In this document: in pieces, positions 10,342 to 19,494 of the stretch
Layout of the letters: every line of letters begins with the position of its first letter
Numbering within the stretch: the stretch's first letter is position 1
Origin: an uncultured delta proteobacterium
GTDB lineage: Bacteria > Desulfobacterota > BSN033 > UBA1163
DNA length: 64,000 nt
Reading direction: 5' to 3'
NCBI GenBank assembly: GCA_963827685.1
Contig: CAWHBU010000002.1
Span: 224,001 to 288,000 of the forward strand
Made by a program: the position numbers and the translations under genes
Notes under the pieces: generated by a model
What the model was told of the DNA's origin: nothing
The model's input: only the letters and a program-made list of their open reading frames with translations
Database searches by the model: none

Positions 10342-12276
10342 CTATTCTTTCGTCTCCGTTTTTATTGTTTCTTTATGGGGGTGACGCGGCATTCCACCGA
10401 CCCAGTGAAAGTAACGCTTCACTTCGGTGTAGAGGTTATGGGCACCATAGCGGTATGCGTCCGCGTCACGGACGTAACCACAGAGCCAGATGTCCGCTGT
10501 GCGTCTCTCTGCCGCCCCCAGCCGGGAGATGAGTCGGGCGATCAGGAGCATGAGCAGCAGAACGGCTCCAACTGTCAGGGGTGCCAGGATGGCAGCGTTG
10601 CTGCCCGGAGGAAGCGCGATGACAAGGCCTGTCTGTGCCGGTGCGGCACTCAGCAGCTTTGCAGCGAGACCCTGGTTGCTGGCTGCCAGAGACAGGTGGA
10701 TGAGACGGTACGCCAGTCCCGGTGCGAGGCCCAGCAGGATGCAGAGCAAGGCGAGCAGGACCTGAGGGATCTGCATGGTCGGCGTGACCTCCAGGGACAT
10801 ATTCTTGGTTGCTTTCTCTTGTACCAGCTTGCTCGCGCGGGAGAGAAAACTCACACCGAAGAACTTCATGAACGATGCCAGTGTCAGGGCACTGGTGACG
10901 ATGCCGAAGATGCCGCAGAGGGCCAAATAGCCCGCATGGCGGCTGCCGAGGATTGTCGCAACGTAAATGCTCCACTTGCTCGCAAATCCATTGAACAACG
11001 GCACACCTGCGATCGAGAAGGAAGCCACCAGTGCAGTGATGGCGGTCAAGGGCATGTATTTCATCAGTCCACCCAGCCGATTTAGGTCTTGAGTTCCGGT
11101 GGCGTAGAGCATGGAGCCGGCGTTCAGAAACAAGAGGCTCTTAAAAAGGCCGTGGTTCACTGTATGGAAGAGCGCGCCGTAAAAACCGATGACAGCCAGC
11201 GCCGTCAGGCCCGCGGAGTCTTTTCCTGGAGACAACAGTGCCAGACAAGCACCGAGGCCGAGGAGGATGTAACCAATCTGTCCGATGCTGTGAAAGGCCA
11301 GCAGACGTTTGCTCTGTTCCTGCTTCAGTGCCTGCATGGTGCCGAAGAACAGAGTAATTGTACCGAGCAGGGCGAGTGCTGTACCCCACATTCCGGGGGA
11401 ATACCAGTCACTCCCGTGCGAAGGCATCAACCAGATGAAGGAACGCATCAGGCCGTAGACGCCCGTTTTAATCATGACACCGGAGAGGAGCGAGCTGACC
11501 GGCGAGGGAGCTGCAGGGTGGGCATCGGGAAGCCACATCTGGCCAAAGGGCCACATGCCTGCCTTAATTCCAAAACCGATCAGGAGCAAGAGGAGCGCGA
11601 ATGTGCCCGTTCCGGCGGGAAGGGCTGCCAGCGTGCTGGCATGTTCGCGAATCGCATCGAAGTCAAAACGCATGAGCGTCTCGCCTCCAATGGTCACTGG
11701 CGCTGTGCCGGCCAGCAAATATGATGCCAGCATGACGAGTGCGCAGGATATCTCCATCATCACCAGGTATTTATTGGCAGCGCGAACATTATCACGCTGT
11801 TTGAATTCATAGCGGATTAGCGCAAAGGAGGGCAGGGTCATGAGCTGCCAGAAGAAGCAGAAGAAGACCATGAGGTCGGTTGTGGCTACGATGCCATACA
11901 TGCCGGCGATGAAGAACTGAAAGTATGGATAGAAGCGACCGACGCCATAGTCGTGGTAGTGGGTCATGTAGCGGATGGAATAAAATGAGGAGAGAATTGC
12001 GATTGTAGCAATCAGTCCCAGAAATACCGCACTTAGGCCATCTATAGAAATTCGTAAGGCAGATCCGTACTGGGGCAGGGCATAGATCGTCACAGCCGCG
12101 GTCGAACCGTGTAGCAGGGTCATCGCAGCCCCGTACAGGACCAGGGTGCCGGAAGCAGCAGTGATCAGGAAGTTGATCCAGCCGGCCAGGACCTTATTGC
12201 GGGAGAAGAACCCGACCAGGAGGCCTCCAGCGCAGCTCATTCCAATGGCATACAGGACAGTTTCTGTTGGTGTCAT
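10342..12276 (-). CDS. Proton-translocating antiporter-like subunit (HycC/HyfB/NuoL-M family)
   Basis: Many TM helices; KAGMWPFGQMWLPDAHPAAPSPVS, KRLLAFHSIGQIGY and HGLFKSLLF motifs. Confidence 0.92.
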   Translation of the reverse strand: MTPTETVLYAIGMSCAGGLLVGFFSRNKVLAGWINFLITAASGTLVLYGAAMTLLHGSTAAVTIYALPQYGSALRISIDGLSAVFLGLIATIAILSSFYSIRYMTHYHDYGVGRFYPYFQFFIAGMYGIVATTDLMVFFCFFWQLMTLPSFALIRYEFKQRDNVRAANKYLVMMEISCALVMLASYLLAGTAPVTIGGETLMRFDFDAIREHASTLAALPAGTGTFALLLLLIGFGIKAGMWPFGQMWLPDAHPAAPSPVSSLLSGVMIKTGVYGLMRSFIWLMPSHGSDWYSPGMWGTALALLGTITLFFGTMQALKQEQSKRLLAFHSIGQIGYILLGLGACLALLSPGKDSAGLTALAVIGFYGALFHTVNHGLFKSLLFLNAGSMLYATGTQDLNRLGGLMKYMPLTAITALVASFSIAGVPLFNGFASKWSIYVATILGSRHAGYLALCGIFGIVTSALTLASFMKFFGVSFLSRASKLVQEKATKNMSLEVTPTMQIPQVLLALLCILLGLAPGLAYRLIHLSLAASNQGLAAKLLSAAPAQTGLVIALPPGSNAAILAPLTVGAVLLLMLLIARLISRLGAAERRTADIWLCGYVRDADAYRYGAHNLYTEVKRYFHWVGGMPRHPHKETIKTETKE

Positions 12277-12794
12277 GAGACCCTACACTCCACTTCAGCC
12301 GGTATCCCCTGATGATGATTGAGGGTGTCCGGAAGGAGCTCTTTCAAGATTTCTACGGCTGTTTCCACAGGTTTACTTAGACCGGTGCCTTGCCGTAAGG
12401 TCGCTGGCTGAATGCCCAGGAGCCAGACTCGGGTGGGACCTTCCGCTTCGATCAACCGTGCCAGCATGCCGAGTGCAACCTTGTGAGTGGATATCTGGGG
12501 AAAACGGTTCTTTAGCTCACCCGAATCGAGGAATACCACCGAACCAGGTTCAGCACCGATGTTCACGGCATCCAAGAATACCACGTTGTCAAATTCTCCA
12601 TGAGCCAGGGTCGCAATGTGGTTCTCAGGCACCATGTGTGTGATCAAGACATCAGTCAGCCCAGCACCAGCCAATGCCTCTGCCAGACGCACGCCAAACC
12701 CATCATCGCCGAGGTCCACATTCCCGATGCCGACGAGTGCTGTTCGGCCGGTCAACGTTTCGCAAAGTGTCGTATGTAAGTCCTTATGGTTCAG
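12273..12794 (-). CDS. Hydrogenase maturation protease (HycI-like)
   Basis: VGIGNVDLGDDGFG, VPEN, FLDAV and STH motifs; start uncertain (possible CTG overlapping the upstream stop). Confidence 0.85.
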   Translation of the reverse strand: MNHKDLHTTLCETLTGRTALVGIGNVDLGDDGFGVRLAEALAGAGLTDVLITHMVPENHIATLAHGEFDNVVFLDAVNIGAEPGSVVFLDSGELKNRFPQISTHKVALGMLARLIEAEGPTRVWLLGIQPATLRQGTGLSKPVETAVEILKELLPDTLNHHQGIPAEVECRVS

Positions 12795-13636
12795 ATTTCT
12801 TCTCCGAGCTTCCGGATTTGCTCCAGCGTGAATACAGGCCCATCCGTGCACACATAGGCGAGACCGATACAGCAGTGACCGCACTTGCCCACGCCGCACT
12901 TCATATACCTTTCGAGGGTTGAAACCATGTTTCTGTCGTCATACCCCATGCCCTTGAGGTCAGCCAGGACAAACCGGAACATAATCGGCGGTCCGCAGAT
13001 GAAGACCGTCGTATTCTCCAAGGGCATTTCCACGCCGGGCCTTTTGAAAAGTGTGCCGACTACGCCCGTATGGCCTTTCCAGCTTTGATCACCCTGGTCC
13101 ACGGTCAGGTAACACCCAAATCCTTTGTCCTGCTGCCACTCGTCAAGGTTTTCCACGTACATCAGATCCTTCGGTGTGCGCGCGCCGTAGAACACCTGAA
13201 TTTTTTCGTAATGGTTGCGGTTGTGAAGCGCGTAGATGATTACGGAACGGAGTGGAATGAGCCCAATGCCGCCTGCAACGATGATCAAGTTCCGGCTAAC
13301 GTACTCCTTCATTGGAAACCCATTGCCGTAGGGGCCCCGTACCCCGAAGCGGTCACCCGACTTCAGCTGATGCATTGCTTCGGTCACATGCCCAACCTTT
13401 CGAGTCGTAAAGAACAGCCGGTCTTCTGTCGGGCTGGGTGGGAGGGACAAGGGGATCTCCCCAACTCCAAAAATCGAAACCTGTGCAAACTGTCCAGGCA
13501 TAAACGCACGGAACGCCTTCTGATCGTCCTTGTTCTCAAAATGCCAGTAAAAGGTCTTAACGTCTTGGATTTCATCCCGCACTTCTTCCAAGACGGCTAT
13601 CTTCGGTTCATAGAGGTTCCGAGGCTGATGCGTCAT
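12791..13636 (-). CDS. FAD/NAD(P)-binding 2Fe-2S subunit (AsrB / sulfhydrogenase gamma-like)
   Basis: GPYGNGF, VAGGIGLIP, CGPPIM and MKCGVGKCGHC motifs. Confidence 0.92.
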   Translation of the reverse strand: MTHQPRNLYEPKIAVLEEVRDEIQDVKTFYWHFENKDDQKAFRAFMPGQFAQVSIFGVGEIPLSLPPSPTEDRLFFTTRKVGHVTEAMHQLKSGDRFGVRGPYGNGFPMKEYVSRNLIIVAGGIGLIPLRSVIIYALHNRNHYEKIQVFYGARTPKDLMYVENLDEWQQDKGFGCYLTVDQGDQSWKGHTGVVGTLFKRPGVEMPLENTTVFICGPPIMFRFVLADLKGMGYDDRNMVSTLERYMKCGVGKCGHCCIGLAYVCTDGPVFTLEQIRKLGEEI

Positions 13637-13637
13637 C

Positions 13638-14714
13638 TCATTTCCTCTCTGCTGCTGCCGTTTCCCTTCGCAGGATCTCCACGACGTGTGGCATGCCGAC
13701 GTCACCGTGGCAAACGCTGACACAGCGCCCACATCCTACACAGGATGGCATCAGCTCACGTTGGATGAAGTAGTACCCAAGCTTGCGGAAGAAACGGCGA
13801 TTACGGCGATCGTGCACGGCGCGGCGCGGATTATGACCGCCTGCCATCCGGGTGAACCCACTCAGCGCACAAGCATCCCACATCCGGACCCTCTCTGTTT
13901 CATTCGGACCGATTGTGCGATCAGTCACAGTGAAGCAGGTACACGTGGGACAGACGTAACTGCAGCCACCACACTCCAAACAGCGATCACCGACCTTCTT
14001 CCATGTTTCCTCGGTAATTTCGCCCTGAGTGATGAAGCGGGTAGCGGCCGAGTACCAGCTCGTCGCCAGCTTAAAACGCTTGCGGACTTCATTAAGAATC
14101 TCGCGGCGTCGGGTTACGTGTTCCGGTTTTGCTTTGGTGAAGAAGGGCAAGGCGAACAGGGCTTCGCCGCGGGGTGACCCGGCAACCGCCATGAATTCGC
14201 CACGGTCATTGTGCATGTCCATGAGCTGGAGGTCAAAGTTCTCACGAGCAGCCGGACCGGTATCCGCACAAACACAGAAACAATCGTCATCCACGTCCAC
14301 CGTTGCATCCGAACAAACGACATTGACAAGAAAGGTGCTGTTCCTGAACTCCTCGTAGTAGTTATCTTTGAAGGTATTTCCAAGGTAGAATCGATCCAGG
14401 TGGAAAATGCCGGCCACATCGCACGAACGGATGCCAAAGACAGCCTGTTTCTTTCCTTCCTTCATCGGCTCAATGGTAGGATGTTCGCCGGTACGGATCG
14501 TAAAGAGCTTCTGGATGTGTGGAAACACGTACCGCTTGGGCGGATAGTATGGATTCGGCAAGTGGATTTGTACGGCATCGCGGTTTGCGTCGGTCACCCT
14601 GTCGAAGTAGGTGTCTCGGTCTCGCCCGTAAAATGGCGCATAGACTTCATGTTCTTTCCGGAGCTCATCGACAAGATTCAGGAGATCGTCTTTCTGTATC
14701 AGTCGTGCACGCAT
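13638..14714 (-). CDS. 4Fe-4S dicluster subunit (AsrA / sulfhydrogenase beta-like)
   Basis: GIRSCD, CFC, CLECGGCSYVCPTCTCF, RMWDAC and CVGCGRCVSVC motifs. Confidence 0.92.
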   Translation of the reverse strand: MRARLIQKDDLLNLVDELRKEHEVYAPFYGRDRDTYFDRVTDANRDAVQIHLPNPYYPPKRYVFPHIQKLFTIRTGEHPTIEPMKEGKKQAVFGIRSCDVAGIFHLDRFYLGNTFKDNYYEEFRNSTFLVNVVCSDATVDVDDDCFCVCADTGPAARENFDLQLMDMHNDRGEFMAVAGSPRGEALFALPFFTKAKPEHVTRRREILNEVRKRFKLATSWYSAATRFITQGEITEETWKKVGDRCLECGGCSYVCPTCTCFTVTDRTIGPNETERVRMWDACALSGFTRMAGGHNPRRAVHDRRNRRFFRKLGYYFIQRELMPSCVGCGRCVSVCHGDVGMPHVVEILRRETAAAERK

Positions 14715-14715
14715 G

Positions 14716-16743
14716 TTATGCCTTTTCCACCTTTATATAAACGGTGCGACTACCGGCTCGGTATTCCGTGCGGGCAGGGCCGAGAATCTGCCTGGCAATA
14801 TCCTCCATGTAATAAGGCACGAAGATCGTCCCTTCCCGGATCTCATTGGTCACGCGGGCATAAGTGGCCGCAGAACCGATGTCGGAGATCAAACGGATCT
14901 TCATGCCATCACGAATATTCAGGGCTTTGGCATCTTCAGGATTCATCTCTACAAATCCGTTTGGGTAGTCAAGCAGGAGGATTCCATATTCTCGCTTCAA
15001 TGTTTCACTGTGCTGCACCATCGTATTTTGGTGCCAGTAATAAAGGGATCGACCAAAAACGAGCACGAAAGGAAATGCTGTGGTCGAGGGGCTGGCCGGA
15101 GGCGACTGGTGGATAGGGATAAAAGAGAATGGCCGCCCTGCATTCTGATCTACAACGAGATAGGGAGTGCCCAAAGGACGATCATGCGTGCACGGCCACT
15201 GCCTTCCGTAATGGCGTGCCAGGTTCTCGTAACTCGCCCCCTCATAATATGGGATGACACGTCCGATCTCCTTCATTACATCGGAGGAGCTTTCGTAGTT
15301 CCATGTCACACCTAGGCGTTTGGCAACCTCCACGACCTGACACCAAGCCGAGGTGAGACCGGACGGAGGCTCAATGGCTTTCTGAGCCAGTTGAATACGA
15401 CGCTCTGAGCTCGTGAAAGTCACTGTTTCTTCACCGTAAGCTACTGTTGGCAGGATGACGTCCGCATATTGCGCGGTAGGTGTCATGAAGAGATTTTGGA
15501 GTACGACAAATTCCATTTTTTTCAGTGCCGCACTCGCGTCACAATATGCGGTGGAGACAACAGGATTGTGGCGATCAAGCCAAAGTGCCTTTAAGTTTCC
15601 CCTGGCACCAAGCATGGTGCTGGAATCCATTCCCCACCGATCAGGGAGCGGTCTCATCCATATCTCTTCGAAATGCTTTCTTCCTTTAAGATCTCGAACA
15701 GGGACATAACCTGGTAGGGAGCTTGGAAACATTCCAACATCACAACCGCCCTGTAGATTGTTATGTTCAGCCAGTGGCATGATACCCGCCCCTGGCTTGC
15801 CGATATTTCCGGTGAGAAGGGTCAGGTTCGCCATGGAGTGGATCTGATCCCTACCGCTGGCCTCAGCACCTGTAGAATAGAGGATCATCGCCTTGGAAGC
15901 CTTCGCGTAGGTGATGGCTGCCTGTTCAATCACGTCCGGTGAAAGTCCACAAATGGATGCGGCCTGAAGGACATCGAACGACTCGATGTTTTTCAAAAAT
16001 AATTCAAAGGCATTGCATCGCTGACGTACAAACTCCAGGTTCATCAGTCCGCGGTCGACAATCACCTTGGCCAATGCACCATAAAGAAAAACCTCTGTTC
16101 CCGGTATGGTCTGTAAAAGGTAATCGGCATGCTCTGCGACGGGATGTCGACGAGGACCGATGCAGATGAGCTTTGCCCCGGCCAGTTTTGCACGAATCAC
16201 CCATCCGCCAATTGTGGGCAACTGACGTCCCAGATCAATCTGGCTGACGATGATGACATCGCTCTCCATCAGCTCGGCGATCGAATTGGTTGCCGCTGGT
16301 ACCCCTATCGTATCACGCAAGGCCCTGATGCTGTTGGAGTGGTAAAACGTGGTTCCCTGATCTACATTGTTCGTACCAATCACGGCACGGGCGAATTTCT
16401 GGAGGATGTAACCATCCTCATTGCCACAGTGGGAAGAATTTAAAAAGCCGATGGCATCCGGTCCGTATTGCGATTTGATCTCTGTGAGTCGTTTGGCAAC
16501 GAAATCATAGGCCTCACTCCAGGACACAGGTTGAAACGTATTGTCTTTCTTAATAAGAGGTTGTTTCAGGCGGTCAGAAGCGCTTGCGACTTCATGGGCG
16601 TGCCACCCGCGGATGCAGATGCGCCCACGGTTCGCAGGGTGTGACATGCTTGGGTAGGTGCCGATGATTTTATTACCTGATGTTTCCAGGTAGATCCCGC
16701 AGCCAACACCACAGAAGGTACACGTTGTCAGTGTGTGCGACAT
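14716..16743 (-). CDS. FdhF-like molybdopterin oxidoreductase family protein with degenerate active site
   Basis: CTFCGVGC..C 4Fe-4S motif, FARAVIGTNNVD, NLTLLTGNIGKPGAG, ADVILP, TSSERR; Sec/Cys position is Tyr. Confidence 0.88.
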   Translation of the reverse strand: MSHTLTTCTFCGVGCGIYLETSGNKIIGTYPSMSHPANRGRICIRGWHAHEVASASDRLKQPLIKKDNTFQPVSWSEAYDFVAKRLTEIKSQYGPDAIGFLNSSHCGNEDGYILQKFARAVIGTNNVDQGTTFYHSNSIRALRDTIGVPAATNSIAELMESDVIIVSQIDLGRQLPTIGGWVIRAKLAGAKLICIGPRRHPVAEHADYLLQTIPGTEVFLYGALAKVIVDRGLMNLEFVRQRCNAFELFLKNIESFDVLQAASICGLSPDVIEQAAITYAKASKAMILYSTGAEASGRDQIHSMANLTLLTGNIGKPGAGIMPLAEHNNLQGGCDVGMFPSSLPGYVPVRDLKGRKHFEEIWMRPLPDRWGMDSSTMLGARGNLKALWLDRHNPVVSTAYCDASAALKKMEFVVLQNLFMTPTAQYADVILPTVAYGEETVTFTSSERRIQLAQKAIEPPSGLTSAWCQVVEVAKRLGVTWNYESSSDVMKEIGRVIPYYEGASYENLARHYGRQWPCTHDRPLGTPYLVVDQNAGRPFSFIPIHQSPPASPSTTAFPFVLVFGRSLYYWHQNTMVQHSETLKREYGILLLDYPNGFVEMNPEDAKALNIRDGMKIRLISDIGSAATYARVTNEIREGTIFVPYYMEDIARQILGPARTEYRAGSRTVYIKVEKA

Positions 16744-16827
16744 ATTCCCTGCTCGAAAATTAATTCCTACACAACTTGTTAATAACGATAGATTGTGTTC
16801 ACGCTAACGCTTACTGATCTTAGACGC

Positions 16828-16873
16828 TGTACAATTTTTCACATATTTTAAAAGATGAGAATACCTTTGTCAA
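16828..16873 (-). promoter_or_regulatory. sigma70 promoter of the hydrogenase operon with an adjacent Rex-like operator
   Basis: TTGACA-N17-TAAAAT followed by TGTGAAAAATTGTACA. Confidence 0.6.
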
Positions 16874-17137
16874 GCTTTTTTAGAGAAAATTTCTTTAGAT
16901 AGCTTCCAAATTAACTAATAACTAATATAATATATTGAAATTATTGTATTTTTGGTATGATTTTGAATTCACATTTTTAGAAAAAATTGTGACCTTTTTG
17001 GATCAGAAGAGAAAGAGTCGGTTGGAATAACAAGCTTCAAGGGGGAGAGAGGTCGAGGATTCAGGCGAGAAGTTTGATTTCGAGATCCTAAGGGCTAACA
17101 AACCCAGGCCTTCATCTTATGATAGTCGAATGATAAG

Positions 17138-17566
17138 CTATTTTTTCATTTTTTTAACGCGGTCGATTTCAGCCTTTATATGGTCCACAAGGCTTTCGCC
17201 TCTTAACAAGTTTTTAAGTTCCTCCTGAAGGTTGGAAGGGCTGATCTTACATATCCATCCCTTTTCATAGGGGCTCTCATTGATCAGCTCAGGGTTTTCC
17301 TCAAGGTCCTGGTTAGCCGATTGCACTTTTCCAGAGACCGCAGCATAGATCCTTCCCACCCACTTGCCAGACTCCATGGAGCCACAAGGCTTTCCCTGTT
17401 CGACCTCCTTGTTCACAGAAGGCATTTCGACGTAAACGATCTGTCCTGCCAATTTTTGAGCAAAATCATTTGTACCCATGACGACAGTATCCCCTTCAAC
17501 TCTGGCCCAAAAATGCTCTTTATGGTAGTATAAATTATCCGGGAAAAGGTATCCTTCGATTTCCAT
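17138..17566 (-). CDS. Glycine cleavage H-like lipoyl carrier protein (GcvH/LbpA type)
   Basis: YHKEHFW, GTNDFAQKLAG, CGSMESGKWVG (lipoyl Lys) and INESPYEKGW motifs; RBS AAGGAG before ATG 17566. Confidence 0.9.
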   Translation of the reverse strand: MEIEGYLFPDNLYYHKEHFWARVEGDTVVMGTNDFAQKLAGQIVYVEMPSVNKEVEQGKPCGSMESGKWVGRIYAAVSGKVQSANQDLEENPELINESPYEKGWICKISPSNLQEELKNLLRGESLVDHIKAEIDRVKKMKK

Positions 17567-17725
17567 TCTACCATCTCCTTTCTGATTTATTATGCTATGT
17601 ACTATAAAACCGATCGAATAACAAGTCATTTTAGGAAGCTTTTTCTTGACACAGTTCTTGAATTGGTGATAATAGATGTAGCAAAAAGCACACAAACAGC
17701 CTCGATTTGAAAGGAGGAGATTCCT

Positions 17726-19303
17726 ATGACAATTAGTAAGTGGATGACTGTAGGAACAGTCCTTAAAATGATGGCGATGCATTACCCGAATAAGGAAGGG
17801 GCAGCGGACAAATTTCGGAGGTTGACGTTCAAGCAGTGGAATGAGAGGAGCTGTCGTTTAGCCAATGCACTGAACAAAATGGGTGTCCAAAAGGGAGATC
17901 GCTTTGCTATATTGGCCTACAATTGTATTGAATGGTTAGAGATCTATGCGGCGGCTGCAAAAGGGGGTCAAATCTGTGTGCCGATTATGTTTCGTCTTGC
18001 CCCTCCCGAAATGGAATATGTGATCAACCATGCAGAATGCAAGGCCTTTCTTGTTGCAAAGGATTTTGTTCAGACGGCCAATACCATTCGTGGAAAACTT
18101 ACCACTATTCCGAAAGAAAATTTTATCTATTGGGGAGATGATAAAACGCCAGAAGGATATCAGCACTACGAATCCATCATCGCCAAAGCATCCCTTGATG
18201 AACCAGATGTTGTTGTAGACGGAGAAGATATCTGGACTTTTATGTACACCTCAGGAACCACTGGTAAACCCAAAGGGGTGGTTCGAACCCACGAAAGCAA
18301 CCTCGGTCAGTACCTGTTGAGCGATCTCTGTATGGGCGTCAGGCCCAGTGATTGCGTTATGCTCGTCATGCCTATGTGTCACGTCAACTCAATTTTTTAT
18401 TCTTTTGCTTATACCTACGTAAGTGCAAAGTGCTTCGTCTATAACATGGTCAGCTTTGATCCGGAGGATCTGCTGAAAACGATTGAAAAAGAGAAGATTA
18501 CCTATACCTCCCTCGTTCCCACGCACTATATAATGATGCTTTCCCTCCCCGATGAGATTAAGAAGAACATCAATGTCAGTTCAATTCGACAACTCTTAAT
18601 CTCCTCCGCACCCGCCCGGAAGGATACCAAATCGGCCATCATGGAATATTTCAAAAATGCAGAACTCTGGGAGGCCTATGGTTCAACAGAAGCAGGACTC
18701 GTAACACTGCTCAGACCAGAAGAACAATTTAAAAAATTGGGCTCCATCGGGAGGGAGATCTGGGGAACGGACCGGATCAAGATTTTGGATGAAAACGGAA
18801 ATGAAGTGCCGAGAGGGCAGGTGGGAGAGCTTTACTCACGGACAGCATCTATTTTTAGGGAGTACTGGAAAGATCCCGAAAAGACGAAATCCGTTTTCCG
18901 GGGAGAATGGTTCTCAGCAGGGGATATGGCTTATCAGGATGAAGATGGATATTTTGTTTTAGTGGATCGAAAAGCAAACATGATCATCACCGGAGGTGAA
19001 AATGTCTTTCCCTCAGAGATTGAAAATGTATTGGGGTCCCATCCTGCCGTCAAATATGTGGCAGTGATTGGGATCCCCCATGAAAAATGGGGTGAGTCGG
19101 TAAAGGCTGTGGTAACCCTGCATCAAGGAAAGACAGCCACTGAGAAAGAACTCATCGACCATTGCAGAGGGAAGATCGCAGGATATAAGATTCCGAAATC
19201 AGTCGATTTCATCAAGGATGAAGAAATGCCCATGACTCCCACAGGGAAAATCCTCCATCGTATTCTAAGGGAGAGATATGGAAAATGGAGTGATGTGAAG
19301 TAG
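17726..19303 (+). CDS. Acyl-CoA synthetase (AMP-forming, long-chain fatty acid-CoA ligase family)
   Basis: YTSGTTGKPKG, YGSTE, SAGD, DRKANMIITGGENV and TGKIL motifs. Confidence 0.93.
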   Translation: MTISKWMTVGTVLKMMAMHYPNKEGAADKFRRLTFKQWNERSCRLANALNKMGVQKGDRFAILAYNCIEWLEIYAAAAKGGQICVPIMFRLAPPEMEYVINHAECKAFLVAKDFVQTANTIRGKLTTIPKENFIYWGDDKTPEGYQHYESIIAKASLDEPDVVVDGEDIWTFMYTSGTTGKPKGVVRTHESNLGQYLLSDLCMGVRPSDCVMLVMPMCHVNSIFYSFAYTYVSAKCFVYNMVSFDPEDLLKTIEKEKITYTSLVPTHYIMMLSLPDEIKKNINVSSIRQLLISSAPARKDTKSAIMEYFKNAELWEAYGSTEAGLVTLLRPEEQFKKLGSIGREIWGTDRIKILDENGNEVPRGQVGELYSRTASIFREYWKDPEKTKSVFRGEWFSAGDMAYQDEDGYFVLVDRKANMIITGGENVFPSEIENVLGSHPAVKYVAVIGIPHEKWGESVKAVVTLHQGKTATEKELIDHCRGKIAGYKIPKSVDFIKDEEMPMTPTGKILHRILRERYGKWSDVK

Positions 19304-19494
19304 GGAACGTATTAAACCTCTCTAAGTCGTTTATCTTTACTCTTGAACATTAGCCCCCCACCTTTTCCCCCATGGGGGGGAGGGGGGTAATTTTTTCTTG
19401 CAAAATACCTTGGCATGGGATATGTTAAAAGTCACCAAGGGTTCAAGCCGCCCTTGGTTTCATTTTGTTAGGGCGATGTGAAGAGGAGCTTCGC

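Noticed and set aside
6061-12276. NADH dehydrogenase I (nuo) operon
   Set aside because: The large subunit has both NiFe CxxC motifs and a maturation protease is present; nuoA/J/K/E/F are absent
12791-14714. Anaerobic sulfite reductase AsrABC
   Set aside because: No siroheme AsrC subunit in the operon
7064-15315. Long plus-strand ORFs within the hydrogenase operon
   Set aside because: Antisense shadows of GC-rich genes with no recognisable motifs
14716-16743. Selenocysteine formate dehydrogenase
   Set aside because: No in-frame TGA; the equivalent codon encodes Tyr
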